Source of the DNA: Lachnospiraceae bacterium
Lineage (GTDB): Bacteria > Bacillota > Clostridia > Lachnospirales > Lachnospiraceae
Direction: 5' to 3'
Assembly: GCA_016283275.1 (NCBI GenBank)
Contig: JAEEMP010000045.1
Location: forward strand, 3,528-67,527
DNA length: 64,000 nucleotides
Shown here: positions 29,836 to 40,269 of the stretch, one piece after another
Layout: the number at the start of each line of letters is the position of its first letter
How positions within the stretch are numbered: the first letter of the stretch is position 1
Notes under the pieces: generated by a model
Seen by the model: the letters and a program-made list of their open reading frames with translations, nothing else
Databases searched by the model: none
Told to the model about the DNA's origin: nothing
Translations under genes and position numbers: made by a program

Positions 29836-30363
29836 TTAGTCGAACACTACTTCACCTATATATGGAAGATTTCTGTATACCTGATCGTAATCAAGGCCGT
29901 AGCCCACTACGAAAACATCGGGAATCTTAAAGCCCGTATAATCAACATTGACATCAACGACCCTTCTGTCCGGTTTGTCAAGCAAAGTGCAGAGCCTTAA
30001 ACTTTTCGGCTTGCGCTCACCGAGCATCTTGAGAAGATAAGAAAGCGTGCGTCCCGAGTCAACAATATCTTCAACCACAAGAACATCCTTATCCTTAATG
30101 GACTCATCAAGATCCTTGACTATTCTTACGACACCGCTTGACTTTGTATCTCCGCCGTAACTTGAAACCGACATGAAATCAAGAGATACCGGAAGGTTGA
30201 TCCTCTTTGCAAGTTCGCACATAAAGAAACTACCGCCCTTAAGTACACATACAAGGTGTACGCTCTTGCCTTCATAATCCTTTGTGATCTGTTCGCCTAT
30301 TTCTTTGATGCGGCGATCGACTTCCTCTTCGGATAAAAGTTCTTTAACATGATGTTTATCCAT
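29836..30363 (-). CDS. hpt: Hypoxanthine phosphoribosyltransferase
   Basis: [33 protein letters not shown]. Confidence 0.97.
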   Translation of the reverse strand: MDKHHVKELLSEEEVDRRIKEIGEQITKDYEGKSVHLVCVLKGGSFFMCELAKRINLPVSLDFMSVSSYGGDTKSSGVVRIVKDLDESIKDKDVLVVEDIVDSGRTLSYLLKMLGERKPKSLRLCTLLDKPDRRVVDVNVDYTGFKIPDVFVVGYGLDYDQVYRNLPYIGEVVFD

Positions 30364-31781
30364 TATAAAAGCTCCTTTTTATTGTCAAATGTGATCCTGA
30401 TCATACGCTTTGTATCATCCGTGATCTTCGGAAATTCGCTTATCCTGTGCCCTATGACCCACCATACATGCGGACCGTCTGCTATGATAAGTGTTTTTTT
30501 CCTCTCTGAGATCGGGATCTTTTCGTCTATGTAATAATCCGACAGTTTTTTCTTTTTAAGGTTTATATCTATCGTAAGATAATCGCCTTCCAAAGCGGTC
30601 CTCAACATCAGACATTCAGATATTTTATCATAATCAAAGCATTTAGTATACTTATTTTTACTTATCTCACTATCCGCATTATAAGGTAAAACCTCCCACT
30701 TAACGGATATGTCTTCATCGATATCGATAATTCCCTTTTCCCCGGTAAGGGATACGGACGCAAAAGAAAAAGAGTCTTCTTCGGTAAAGAACTTATACGT
30801 ACCGTTTTCCTTTAATACCGTGATACCGTATGGAAGGTTAAAGGTTTTCGATTCGGTCGATGAAAGTGCGCTATAAAGTGCTTCAAAATGCTTTTTTGTA
30901 ATATCTCTGTTTTTGGGAACAAGCGTGTCCATACACTTTTTAAACAAAGCTTTTACGATATACGGTTTTTCGTCTTTTAAAAGCAAGGAGCTTAATACTA
31001 TCTCGTGTTCTTTTACCGTAGCCAAAGAATTAAAACGCTCTTCAACCTCAAAATCAACAAATTCCGTAAGTTCCCTTAAGGTTTCCGCGGCTTCCGATAC
31101 ATGCAAGACCGCATTGTCGTTAATGTTTCCTGAAGCATATTCAAGAATATTGTGACGGATCTTATTTCTTGTATAATCATCTGTAAGATTCGTGGCATCC
31201 GTATAATATCTTATATTCTCTTTTTTAAGAAATTCCTCTATTTCTTTTCTCTCGACACATAATAAAGGTCTTATGATATTTCCCCGTTTAGGCGGTATCG
31301 ATACAAGACCTTTGGGACCGGTTCCCCTGAAAAGATGGAAAAGGACCGTCTCTGACATATCGTTTAGATTGTGGGCTACGGCAATCTTTGAGTTATCGCC
31401 CATAGCCTTCGCTTCTTCCTCAAAAGCTTCGTATCTTACTCTTCTTCCCGCTTCTTCGGTCCCGATATTCCATTCCTTTGACAGCACATTTACATCATAT
31501 TTTTTAAGTACAAACGGAACATTTAACTCTTTGCAAAGATTTTCGACATAAAGACACTCTTCCTTGGCTTCCTCTCTTAACCCGTGATCTATCGTTACGA
31601 CTTTAAGCTTAAGTGACAATTCTTCGGAAAGTGCACAAAGAACATAAAGAAGCGCAACCGAATCCGCTCCGCCCGATACACCGAGCACGATCCTGTCGCC
31701 CTTTTCGATAAGTTTTTCTTTTTCTGTAAAATTTCTTATACGGGGTAAAAAGAAAATGTCCATAAAAGAATAATAAAACAC
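30363..31781 (-). CDS. tilS: tRNA(Ile)-lysidine synthetase (true start may be ATG 31763)
   Basis: GVSGGADSVAL, DHGLR, AHNLND, IIRPLL, YTRNKIRH. Confidence 0.95.
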   Translation of the reverse strand: MFYYSFMDIFFLPRIRNFTEKEKLIEKGDRIVLGVSGGADSVALLYVLCALSEELSLKLKVVTIDHGLREEAKEECLYVENLCKELNVPFVLKKYDVNVLSKEWNIGTEEAGRRVRYEAFEEEAKAMGDNSKIAVAHNLNDMSETVLFHLFRGTGPKGLVSIPPKRGNIIRPLLCVERKEIEEFLKKENIRYYTDATNLTDDYTRNKIRHNILEYASGNINDNAVLHVSEAAETLRELTEFVDFEVEERFNSLATVKEHEIVLSSLLLKDEKPYIVKALFKKCMDTLVPKNRDITKKHFEALYSALSSTESKTFNLPYGITVLKENGTYKFFTEEDSFSFASVSLTGEKGIIDIDEDISVKWEVLPYNADSEISKNKYTKCFDYDKISECLMLRTALEGDYLTIDINLKKKKLSDYYIDEKIPISERKKTLIIADGPHVWWVIGHRISEFPKITDDTKRMIRITFDNKKELL

Positions 31782-31807
31782 CTTTCGCGAATTATCAACG
31801 AAAGGTG

Positions 31808-32119
31808 TCAGTTGTCGGCTTCAAATATTATCTCGTCCTTATACACAAGTCCAAGTCTTTCCTTTGCTATATCCTCTATGTATTGCTTGGTGTGTGTGTA
31901 ATCTCCGTACTCTTTTATGTTCTCGGCTCTTTTGTGCTGAGCTTCGATCTGTTCGATAAGATAGGCTTCCTTTTTGTCGTATTGCGCCTTCTTTTCGGAA
32001 AGTCTCAAAGAACTTACATGCAACACAATAATAAGCATGAGTACGATAATACCTACCGTAATCATGCTGAGAAGATTTCGCGGTCTGTATGAATTCATTG
32101 CCGTTCTCTTCCTGCGCAT
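31808..32119 (-). CDS. Septum formation initiator (DivIC/FtsB family)
   Basis: Basic N-terminus, TM, coiled coil, YIEDIAKERLGLV...EIIF. Confidence 0.85.
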   Translation of the reverse strand: MRRKRTAMNSYRPRNLLSMITVGIIVLMLIIVLHVSSLRLSEKKAQYDKKEAYLIEQIEAQHKRAENIKEYGDYTHTKQYIEDIAKERLGLVYKDEIIFEADN

Positions 32120-32142
32120 TGCAATTTCTCCGAAGCATAAAT

Positions 32143-32195
32143 TTATGTAAACACGTTTACATAATGATTCTATACTCTAAATAATATTACGTCAA
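32143..32195 (-). promoter_or_regulatory. Promoter plus perfect palindrome upstream of divIC
   Basis: TTGACG-N17-TAGAAT (32167-32195); TTATGTAAAC-AC-GTTTACATAA at 32143-32164. Confidence 0.55.
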
Positions 32196-32229
32196 CCACT
32201 TTTTGCCATTATTGTATAATTATTAACGG

Positions 32230-32469
32230 TTAAATATACTCATACATCTCTTTGCTTTCTTCTTTTTTAACCGTTTCTTTAATATCCGTAACCTTAACTT
32301 TTGTCTCTTTGTTACCGAAGGAAACAGTGATTATATCTCCGACTTTGACTGTCGTCGACGCCTTTGCCGGCTTATCGTTCACAAAAACTCTGCCGTTATC
32401 GCAAGCCTCATTGGCCACAGTACGCCTCTTGATCAGTCTTGATACTTTTAAATATTTATCCAGTCTCAT
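32230..32469 (-). CDS. S4-domain RNA-binding protein YabO/RqcP
   Basis: MRLDKYLKVSRLIKRRTVANEACDNGRV signature. Confidence 0.93.
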   Translation of the reverse strand: MRLDKYLKVSRLIKRRTVANEACDNGRVFVNDKPAKASTTVKVGDIITVSFGNKETKVKVTDIKETVKKEESKEMYEYI

Positions 32470-32492
32470 TTTTTACCTCTTTACAGTTAAAT

Positions 32493-32566
32493 CGAGTAGG
32501 CGCGCCCTACTCGCCCGCGGCCGCCGGTCACCTTCAGGTGACATCTTCCTTTCGACAGCCCTGCGA
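32493..32566 (-). other. GC-rich structured intergenic element (RNA motif or REP-like)
   Basis: Hairpins CGAGTAGG/CCTACTCG and GTCACCT/AGGTGAC, plus an outer GGCUGUCG/CGGCGGCC helix. Confidence 0.5.
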
Positions 32567-32600
32567 TAAAAAAATGAGGAGGACGATCCGTCCTCCTCAT
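32567..32600 (-). terminator. Rho-independent terminator of hup
   Basis: ATGAGGAGGACG-GAT-CGTCCTCCTCAT followed by a T run. Confidence 0.85.
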
Positions 32601-32617
32601 CGTGTAGTCAATTCAAC

Positions 32618-32896
32618 TTATTTGTTGTTAACTGCATCCTTTAAAGCCTTGCCTGCGCTGAACTTAGGAGCCTTGGAAGCCTTAATCTTCATAGGAGCAC
32701 CTGTCTGAGGATTTCTGCCTTCTCTTGCTGCTCTCTTGGTAACTTCGAATGTACCGAAGCCAACGAGCTGAACCTTGTTGCCCTTCTTTAACTGAGCGGT
32801 TACAACGTCAACATAAGCCTTAACAGCCTTTTCAGCATCCTTCTTGGATAATCCAGCCTTGTCAGCGATAGCTGCAACTAATTCTGTCTTGTTCAT
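32618..32896 (-). CDS. hup: DNA-binding protein HU
   Basis: MNKTELVAAIA, VQLVGFGTF, REGRNPQTG, PKFSAGKALKDAV. Confidence 0.98.
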   Translation of the reverse strand: MNKTELVAAIADKAGLSKKDAEKAVKAYVDVVTAQLKKGNKVQLVGFGTFEVTKRAAREGRNPQTGAPMKIKASKAPKFSAGKALKDAVNNK

Positions 32897-32964
32897 GTAA
32901 ATTTCCTCCTCTGTATGAGTAAAAATTATTTTACGAATTCCCCTTTAGGAAAACGTCTAAGATA

Positions 32965-32993
32965 GTTATATCGGTTTTTATGCTTAATGTCAA
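32965..32993 (-). promoter_or_regulatory. Sigma-A promoter of hup
   Basis: TTGACA-N17-TATAAC. Confidence 0.7.
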
Positions 32994-33052
32994 GAAAAAA
33001 TGACCAAAAAACCGCATATTTTCGGCATTTTTGGGTGTTATGTCGACCGATT

Positions 33053-34597
33053 TCACTCTTTTTTTACAAGCTCATCAAAAGTGTAGCTCACATCTTCCTT
33101 CGAATCGTCCAACATGACCGTAAACGACCTTGTTTCATACCCGTTTTTACGAAGTGTTATAACATGCGTTCCCGCTGTTTTCTTGATAGAAATAGGTGCA
33201 AGACCGACATAATTGCCGTCCCAATATATCTCCACTCCTTCGGGAGCCGGGAATGTTACATAGTATATCCTGTTATCTTCGCCGGTGGCCGTATTGCCGC
33301 CTTCGGAACCGGACACATCCGTACTTGCGGATGTTGATGTGCTTGTCGAAGTTGATGTGCTCGTACTGTCGGAGGCCGAAGTACTTGCCGATGTCGATGC
33401 ACTTGTCGAAGTCGAAGTGCTTGTTGAAGTCGAAGTACCGTTCCCGCCCGAAGATGTATCGTTGCCCGATACCGAAGCGGACGTCGATGCTGACGTCTGA
33501 GTATTGTTTCCCGACGTATCGGTATTCGAAGTAGAATTGTTACCCGAAACGCTGTTATTGCCGGATACATCTTCTTTTTCAATTTCAATAAGTGTTACGG
33601 CAAGCGTTTTTGTATTCTGATCCACGTTAAAATATCTGGTCAATGTCTTATATCCGTTTGCAGAAGCCACAAGCTTGTGCATGCCGTATGTACAATAAAC
33701 CGGGTATGCCGTATCGATGGATTTTCCGTCTATGCTGACTTTTGCGTTTTCCGGCGTAAGTTTAAGACTTACAGCCTGTTTTTTGACTTCGGCTATTTCC
33801 ACATCGGAAAGATCCAGAACAGTCTCTTCGTTCTTTAAGACCGTAACTGTTCTTAATACTTCCGTTCCCTTATTCGTGATCCTGATACTGTATTCGCCGG
33901 CGGGCACCAAAACAAGCATCTTTTCGCCTATCTGATATATAAGGTTTCCGCCTATCTCCATATATCCGCCCACAAAATAATCGGCATTGTCAAGCACGAT
34001 ATAACCGTGACCGTTATCGACAACTATTGAATGGATGGTATTCCCGATCCCCCTTAATGTGATTGAATCCATTGGATTTAATTCGGAAATATCTATTCTC
34101 TGACCTCCCGATGTTACAAAGGTGTCTTTTGATACCCTGTATGTTTCTCCTTTAAAAGTAAAAGTCTTGGCCCATGTGTTAAATTCAAAATCGGATATGT
34201 CGGACTCGGTAAAAGTGCCCGTAGACTCACACATTCCGGCAAGCGTTTTACGACTCTTTAAAAACCATACATCCACCATATCTCCTACCGATAACTGGGA
34301 TAATGCTATGGAAGTACCGTATCTGTCGGCATATTTGGTCGCACCGGAATAGCTTAATGTATAGAATTTTGCAAGATTGTAATTATATAAAGTAACCGTA
34401 GACCGGCTTTTGTTGACATCGGCAAGCACCGCAGTATCAAAAGAATCGAAACTGTCAAAAGAAGCATTCAGATATTCGCTGCCGTCATCATAGTCCTTAT
34501 GGGACGGCGTAAGATATAGAGATGCATCACTGCATCCCGAAAGCACAAAAGCGGCAAGTAACAGCCATATGATTGTCTTTTGTCCCCTTTTCTTCAT
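33053..34597 (-). CDS. PEGA-domain lipoprotein with long Ser/Thr-rich linker
   Basis: Lipobox LSGC; PEGA-like motifs TPENAKVSIDG and PEGVEIYWDGNYVGLAP...GTHVITLRKNGY; ST-rich linker. Confidence 0.8.
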   Translation of the reverse strand: MKKRGQKTIIWLLLAAFVLSGCSDASLYLTPSHKDYDDGSEYLNASFDSFDSFDTAVLADVNKSRSTVTLYNYNLAKFYTLSYSGATKYADRYGTSIALSQLSVGDMVDVWFLKSRKTLAGMCESTGTFTESDISDFEFNTWAKTFTFKGETYRVSKDTFVTSGGQRIDISELNPMDSITLRGIGNTIHSIVVDNGHGYIVLDNADYFVGGYMEIGGNLIYQIGEKMLVLVPAGEYSIRITNKGTEVLRTVTVLKNEETVLDLSDVEIAEVKKQAVSLKLTPENAKVSIDGKSIDTAYPVYCTYGMHKLVASANGYKTLTRYFNVDQNTKTLAVTLIEIEKEDVSGNNSVSGNNSTSNTDTSGNNTQTSASTSASVSGNDTSSGGNGTSTSTSTSTSTSASTSASTSASDSTSTSTSTSTSTSASTDVSGSEGGNTATGEDNRIYYVTFPAPEGVEIYWDGNYVGLAPISIKKTAGTHVITLRKNGYETRSFTVMLDDSKEDVSYTFDELVKKE

Positions 34598-34606
34598 ATC
34601 TTCCTC

Positions 34607-35923
34607 TTAAAGTAGCTTTAAAAGTTTTTCTTTATCATTAAGCGAAGGATCGTCAATTACCTTTTCAAGAAGCTCCGAAAGCTTTTTACCGATCTCGGGC
34701 CCCGGTTTATAACCTGCATCTATAAGATCTTTTCCGGTTACAGCAAGCGTTTTTAACGAAACGCACTCCTTCTTTGCCATAACTTCTTCGTAAGCCGCCT
34801 TAAGCTCATCGATATGCTTAAGCTTTTCTTCGCGATCATACATACTCTGGCTTAGGGTATCTGCATAATTTAACTCAAAAATATCGGGAAAACATTCTTC
34901 ACCGATACGGTTTATATATCTTCTGATATGAGCTACGTTCGCGCCTATCGTCCAGTCATGCGCACCGACCAGGGCACAGACCTTTGTCTTTGTGTCATTA
35001 TCAAACTTAAGCCTGTCAAAGAACTTTTTGCTGATCATAACACCCTTGTCGGGATGACCCTTGAAATGGTCTATACCCTGTGCATCGGTAGTCTTTGTAT
35101 CCGGCTTTGCAACATCATGCAACAATGCCGCAAGGCGCAGGACCCTGTCCGGACGGACTCTTTTAATAACTTCGACAGTATGCTCCCCTACATTGTAGCA
35201 ATGATGGGGATTGTTCTGCGGAGTATTTATCATCTTGTCGAATTCGGGAAGTATGACCTTAGTGATACCAAGTTCATATGCGGTAAGAATATATTCGGGA
35301 TGATCGCTCGTAAGCATTTTTACAAGCTCGACCTGTATCCTCTCCGCACTTATTTTTTCAAGAGTATAAGAAAGTTTTTTTATTGCGGCTCTTGTGGCCT
35401 CATCTATCGAAAAGTTAAGTTGCGCTCCGAATCTTACGGCTCGTAATATCCTTAAGGCATCTTCTTTAAATCTCTCTTCCGGGTCGCCTACGCATCGGAT
35501 GATACCGTTTTTAAGATCATCCCTTCCGCCGTAGAGATCCGTAAGTCCTCTTTTCGGATTATAAGCCATTGCATTTATCGTAAAATCCCGACGCATCAGA
35601 TCCTCGGACAGTCTGTCCGTAAAAACAACGCTTTTCGGATGCCTTGAATCCTCATACTCGCCGTCTATCCTGTATGTCGTGACTTCATACACGGTCCTGT
35701 CCATAAGGACCGAAACCGTTCCGTGCTTAATACCCGTATCAAATGTCTTCTTAAATAACTTTTTGGTCTCTTCGGGCTTGGCGGACGTAGTGATATCCCA
35801 ATCGTTGGGCTCCCTGTCCAAAAGAGAATCCCTTATACATCCGCCGACCGCATAAGCTTCAAAACCTGCTGCCTCAAGAGTATTTATTATTTTTTCAACA
35901 TTTTCGGGTATTTTTATCTGCAT
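34607..35923 (-). CDS. cca: CCA tRNA nucleotidyltransferase (with HD domain)
   Basis: AVGGCIRD, DWDITT, EVTTYR, RRDFTINA, EDALRILRAVRF, LLHDVAKP. Confidence 0.92.
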   Translation of the reverse strand: MQIKIPENVEKIINTLEAAGFEAYAVGGCIRDSLLDREPNDWDITTSAKPEETKKLFKKTFDTGIKHGTVSVLMDRTVYEVTTYRIDGEYEDSRHPKSVVFTDRLSEDLMRRDFTINAMAYNPKRGLTDLYGGRDDLKNGIIRCVGDPEERFKEDALRILRAVRFGAQLNFSIDEATRAAIKKLSYTLEKISAERIQVELVKMLTSDHPEYILTAYELGITKVILPEFDKMINTPQNNPHHCYNVGEHTVEVIKRVRPDRVLRLAALLHDVAKPDTKTTDAQGIDHFKGHPDKGVMISKKFFDRLKFDNDTKTKVCALVGAHDWTIGANVAHIRRYINRIGEECFPDIFELNYADTLSQSMYDREEKLKHIDELKAAYEEVMAKKECVSLKTLAVTGKDLIDAGYKPGPEIGKKLSELLEKVIDDPSLNDKEKLLKLL

Positions 35924-35926
35924 TGA

Positions 35927-37120
35927 TCATTTAACCAATCTTACGGTTTCGCGGCAGATAGCAAGCTCCTCGTTGGTGGGCACTATCATTGTGACAACCT
36001 TTGAACCGGGATCAGAAAGGATCACCGTCTCGCCGCGAAGTTTATTTTTCTCGGGATCTATATTTGTGCCAAGATACCCTAAATACTCACCTATCATGCC
36101 ACGCACCAAAGAAGTGTTCTCACCTACGCCTGCCGTAAATGCGATCACATCCACGCCGTTCATTGCTGCCACATACGAACCTATATATTTAGCAACATGA
36201 TACGAATAAGTCTCAAGAGCCGTCTTTGCAAGTTCGTTGCCTTCATTGTAGGCTTTCTCGATATCACGGAAATCCGATGACACTTTAGAAAGACCGAGCA
36301 CGCCGGATTTCTTGTTGAGTATCGAAAGCACTTCCTCTGAAGAAACGTTTAACTTCTGTGAAAGGAAAGTTACGATAGCGGGATCGATATCGCCTGAACG
36401 GGTTCCCATTATAAGACCTTCAAGAGGAGTAAGACCCATTGAAGTATCCACACTCTTTCCGTTCTTAACGGCTGAAATTGATGCACCGTTTCCAAGATGA
36501 CAAACAATGATCTTTAAATCTTTTCTGTCTTTTCCCAAAAACTTTGCGGCTTCATTTGACACGAAATCATGGCTTGTGCCATGGAAACCGTAACGGCGTA
36601 CCTTGTACTTTTCATAATATTCGTAAGGGATACCGTAAAGATATGCCTTCGGAGGCATTGTCTGATGGAATGCCGTATCAAATACCGCCACCATGGGTAC
36701 ATTCGGCATAATGGCCTTACAGGAATTTATGCCGATAAGGTTGGCCGGATTGTGAAGAGGTGCAAGATCGTTACACTCTTCAATGGCCTTCATTACTTCA
36801 TCATCGATCACAACGGAAGTCGCAAACTTTTCTCCGCCGTGTACGATCCTGTGTCCTACCGCATCGATCTCGTCAAGCGACTTTACGACACCGATACTCG
36901 GATCCGTAAGTCTCTTTATGACAAGTTCGACAGCCTTTGTATGATCGGGCATATCTTCCTCGGTCACGAGCTTATCGCCGTCTTTGGGCTGATATGTGAT
37001 CTGACTGTGGTCGATGCCTATCCTTTCGCAAAGACCCTTTGCCATAACTTCTTCTGTATCCGAATTGATAAACTGATATTTAAGTGATGAACTGCCGCAA
37101 TTTATGACCAAAACATTCAT
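35927..37120 (-). CDS. ackA: Acetate kinase
   Basis: [45 protein letters not shown]. Confidence 0.97.
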   Translation of the reverse strand: MNVLVINCGSSSLKYQFINSDTEEVMAKGLCERIGIDHSQITYQPKDGDKLVTEEDMPDHTKAVELVIKRLTDPSIGVVKSLDEIDAVGHRIVHGGEKFATSVVIDDEVMKAIEECNDLAPLHNPANLIGINSCKAIMPNVPMVAVFDTAFHQTMPPKAYLYGIPYEYYEKYKVRRYGFHGTSHDFVSNEAAKFLGKDRKDLKIIVCHLGNGASISAVKNGKSVDTSMGLTPLEGLIMGTRSGDIDPAIVTFLSQKLNVSSEEVLSILNKKSGVLGLSKVSSDFRDIEKAYNEGNELAKTALETYSYHVAKYIGSYVAAMNGVDVIAFTAGVGENTSLVRGMIGEYLGYLGTNIDPEKNKLRGETVILSDPGSKVVTMIVPTNEELAICRETVRLVK

Positions 37121-37134
37121 TGTCCTTCTCCTTA

Positions 37135-38571
37135 TCAATATGCTCTTCCCCAGTAGACCATCTTCGCAGCGGGTTTACCGCAGCATACACAGGTATCGCT
37201 GATATGCTCCTGCTTAAACGGCATACAACGGCTTGTTACCGCAAGTTCTTCTTTTATCTTATCTTCGCACTCACGGTTTCCGCACCACATTGCTTTCACA
37301 AAGCCCGATTTTTCATCAAATGTCTTTTTGAATTCTTCCCAGGTCTTTGCTTCAAATGTCTGGCTGTCGCGGCGTGCACGTGCGGCATCAAGCATATCCT
37401 TCTGTATGGTGGGAATAAGCTCTTCGACCTTAGCAGCAAGATCTTTGATGGCACATTCAAACTTCTCACCGTTATCACGGCGTGCAATGATGGCTGTACC
37501 GTTTTCTATATCCTTGGGACCGATCTCGATCCTGATCGGAACACCTCTCATTTCACATTCGGCAAATTTCCATCCGGGACTCTTATCGGAATCATCTACC
37601 TTGACTCTGAAGCCCTTTTCAATAAGTTCCGATCTTATAGCATATGCCTTATCGAGAACACCGTCCGCATTCTGACGGATGGGGATGATCATGACCTGTG
37701 TGGGTGCCACAAGCGGAGGAAGCTTAAGACCCGAGTTGTCACCGTGCACCATTATGATCGCACCGATAAGACGGGTTGTGGTGCCCCATGATGTCTGATG
37801 AGGATATTTAAGTGTATTGTCTTTATCCGTATACTGGATATCAAAAGCTTTTGCAAAACCGTCGCCGAAATTGTGGCTTGTACCTGACTGAAGGGCTTTT
37901 CCGTCATGCATAAGCGCTTCTATCGTATACGTAGCCTCTGCACCGGCAAATTTTTCCTTATCGGTCTTTCTGCCCTTAACTACAGGCATTGCAAGTACCT
38001 GCTCACAGAAATCCGCATATACGTCAAGCATCTGTATCGTTCTAGCTTCGGCTTCCTCGGCGGTTGCATGGATGGTATGACCTTCCTGCCACAAAAATTC
38101 TCTTGAACGTAAGAACGGACGGGTTTCTTTTTCCCATCTGACTACCGAACACCACTGGTTGTATACCTTGGGAAGATCTCTGTAGGAATGAACCTCGTTT
38201 TTATAGAAATCGCAGAAAAGCGTCTCGGATGTGGGTCGTACGCACATCTTCTCGGTAAGAGGCTGAAGTCCGCCCTGCGTTACCCATGCAACTTCGGGAG
38301 CAAAACCCTCAACATGATCTTTTTCTTTTTCAAGAAGGCTTTCGGGGATGAACATCGGGAGATACACATTTTCTACTCCCGTTTCTTTAAAGCGTGCATC
38401 CATCTGCTTTTGTATAAGCTCCCAGATTGCGTAACCTGCAGGCTTAAACACCATACAACCCTTAACGGAAGTATAGTCGCAAAGATCGGCCTTTTTTACC
38501 ACGTCGGTGTACCACTGGGCAAAATCCTCTTCCATCGAGGTAATTGCCTCTACCATTTTCTTGTCTGCCAT
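37135..38571 (-). CDS. proS: Proline-tRNA ligase (archaeal/eukaryote-like type, no editing insertion)
   Basis: [32 protein letters not shown]-terminal Zn Cys and WGRAY. Confidence 0.96.
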   Translation of the reverse strand: MADKKMVEAITSMEEDFAQWYTDVVKKADLCDYTSVKGCMVFKPAGYAIWELIQKQMDARFKETGVENVYLPMFIPESLLEKEKDHVEGFAPEVAWVTQGGLQPLTEKMCVRPTSETLFCDFYKNEVHSYRDLPKVYNQWCSVVRWEKETRPFLRSREFLWQEGHTIHATAEEAEARTIQMLDVYADFCEQVLAMPVVKGRKTDKEKFAGAEATYTIEALMHDGKALQSGTSHNFGDGFAKAFDIQYTDKDNTLKYPHQTSWGTTTRLIGAIIMVHGDNSGLKLPPLVAPTQVMIIPIRQNADGVLDKAYAIRSELIEKGFRVKVDDSDKSPGWKFAECEMRGVPIRIEIGPKDIENGTAIIARRDNGEKFECAIKDLAAKVEELIPTIQKDMLDAARARRDSQTFEAKTWEEFKKTFDEKSGFVKAMWCGNRECEDKIKEELAVTSRCMPFKQEHISDTCVCCGKPAAKMVYWGRAY

Positions 38572-38588
38572 TTTGTCTCTCCTGAATC

Positions 38589-40259
38589 TTATTTTTTCTT
38601 GTTTTTACTTCTCTGAATTTTAGTATTTCTCCCGCTTTTTGTCAACGACGCGCCCTTTTTAAGCACTCCCGCTATTGCGGCCCCTTCCAGCCCGAGCACA
38701 AGGAAAAGAAAAGGAGTGTTTGTGATCTGTTCGAAACTGAACATATTGTTTGCCGTGTAAGAAATGATCGAAAGCGCAAATCCTATAATATAAAGGTTTT
38801 CTTTCGCATACTTAAACGAAGTCTTTACACCCGAAACAAGCATACCGATAAAAGCACCAAGTCCGAGTATCCCATTATTGACAAGCAGTGTTATCCACTC
38901 GTTATGAGCATTTGTAAGTCTTGATCCACCGAATGCAAGATCAAGATCCGCTTTAATCTCTGGATATCTGATAAGTTCGTAATAAAATGTATCGGGACCG
39001 CTTCCGATTAGCTTATGCCACAGATTCATGCACGCAAAGGTCCTTAAGCCGAAAAGCCATGTCTCTCCGCGGCCGCTTCCCCAGCTTGCCTTAAACAAAA
39101 AAACATCCTTTCCGCCTATTACGGGAAGCTTACCGCCCGAAAGCGTATTTATGATAATAAGAAGGACAAATACCGAAAAAGCAGAAGGAACTAAGATAAC
39201 ATATACCTTTTTAATCTTTTTCATTACCGCTTCGGGAAATTCTTTGACCTTGTAAAAGAACACCGTATAAAAGATCAAAACGATAAGTAAGATGATAAAT
39301 GCCGGCTTTCCGTAGAAAAACTCTATAATTCCCGAGGCGCCCGTTCTTTTGTCTTTGAACAGAACATCCATAAGGCCTATAAGCGATGCCGGTATGAGCA
39401 TTAAAACGATAAGTTCCGTAAAAGCCTTAAGCCTTTCCTTTTGTGTAAACGAAAAACCGAGTAAAACCGCCATGGTTACAAACAAAGCAAAAATACCGCT
39501 GTCCGAATTGTTGACAAATATCATATAAAAAGTGATGACATTCACCAAAGAAAGAATCACTTTGATCCAAAGCTTCTTTGCCCCCATATAAAGCCCCCAG
39601 CCAAGCGGCACGATCACGGATGTATAACCGCAGAACCAGTTGATGTTTCCCAGCGATGCTATAAATGCACCCTCACCGTAATCGTTATTCATATTTATCG
39701 GAGCGATCTTATATCTGTTTAAGATACCCCAGATCGAAGTGAGCGTTACGGTCAGTATCACCGGGATATAAGCAAAATACGTATGGCGCAAAAGCTTTGA
39801 AAGGATCAGATAGAACATTGCAAAAACAAGATAAGACACAAGGCCCATATACCAGCCTCTTGTGCCCCATAGCGATCCTTCAATAAACCAATCCGTAAGA
39901 TAATTTTCTCCGCCGGATTTAAACGAAGAACAAAAATGGGAAAGAACGGAAAGCAATATAAAAGAAAGCACAAATATATCCGTTTTGTAGGTTGCTTTGT
40001 AACAGGCGATCTCATCCTTTGAGTATCCCCAAAAACTCATCCTTACAAGCAAAAAAACTCCCATTGCGATAGCGATATATTTGGCCGTATACATTAAATA
40101 CAGATATTTGTTGGAGGCTATAAGAGTATAACCGTCCTTATAATATAACGGCAAGCCTGTAAAATAAATAAGAAGAACGGCCCATGCAAGGATGTTCCCC
40201 ACATGGTCCGTTACTTCTCCTATATTCTTTGGCTTTTGAAGTTTGATCTTTCCCGCCAC
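38589..40259 (-). CDS. O-antigen ligase (Wzy_C) family membrane protein
   Basis: Polytopic; [40 protein letters not shown]; GTG start with GAGGT RBS. Confidence 0.75.
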   Translation of the reverse strand: MAGKIKLQKPKNIGEVTDHVGNILAWAVLLIYFTGLPLYYKDGYTLIASNKYLYLMYTAKYIAIAMGVFLLVRMSFWGYSKDEIACYKATYKTDIFVLSFILLSVLSHFCSSFKSGGENYLTDWFIEGSLWGTRGWYMGLVSYLVFAMFYLILSKLLRHTYFAYIPVILTVTLTSIWGILNRYKIAPINMNNDYGEGAFIASLGNINWFCGYTSVIVPLGWGLYMGAKKLWIKVILSLVNVITFYMIFVNNSDSGIFALFVTMAVLLGFSFTQKERLKAFTELIVLMLIPASLIGLMDVLFKDKRTGASGIIEFFYGKPAFIILLIVLIFYTVFFYKVKEFPEAVMKKIKKVYVILVPSAFSVFVLLIIINTLSGGKLPVIGGKDVFLFKASWGSGRGETWLFGLRTFACMNLWHKLIGSGPDTFYYELIRYPEIKADLDLAFGGSRLTNAHNEWITLLVNNGILGLGAFIGMLVSGVKTSFKYAKENLYIIGFALSIISYTANNMFSFEQITNTPFLFLVLGLEGAAIAGVLKKGASLTKSGRNTKIQRSKNKKK

Positions 40260-40269
40260 TTTTATACCT

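Noticed and set aside
32493-32566. SRP RNA, tRNA or group II intron fragment
   Set aside because: No SRP GNRA/AGCAG domain IV, no cloverleaf and no intron 5' GTGCG or domain V; kept only as an unnamed structured element.
33320-33500. Short tandem-like repeats (GTCGAAGT/GATGTGCT) as possible CRISPR or VNTR
   Set aside because: Degenerate codon repeats encoding the Ser/Thr linker; no constant repeat-spacer structure and no cas genes.
37120-37791. 223-aa plus-strand ORF
   Set aside because: Antisense shadow of proS.
37135-38571. Archaeal/eukaryote-type ProRS as recent horizontal transfer
   Set aside because: This type is common in Clostridia; no compositional or mobility signal seen.
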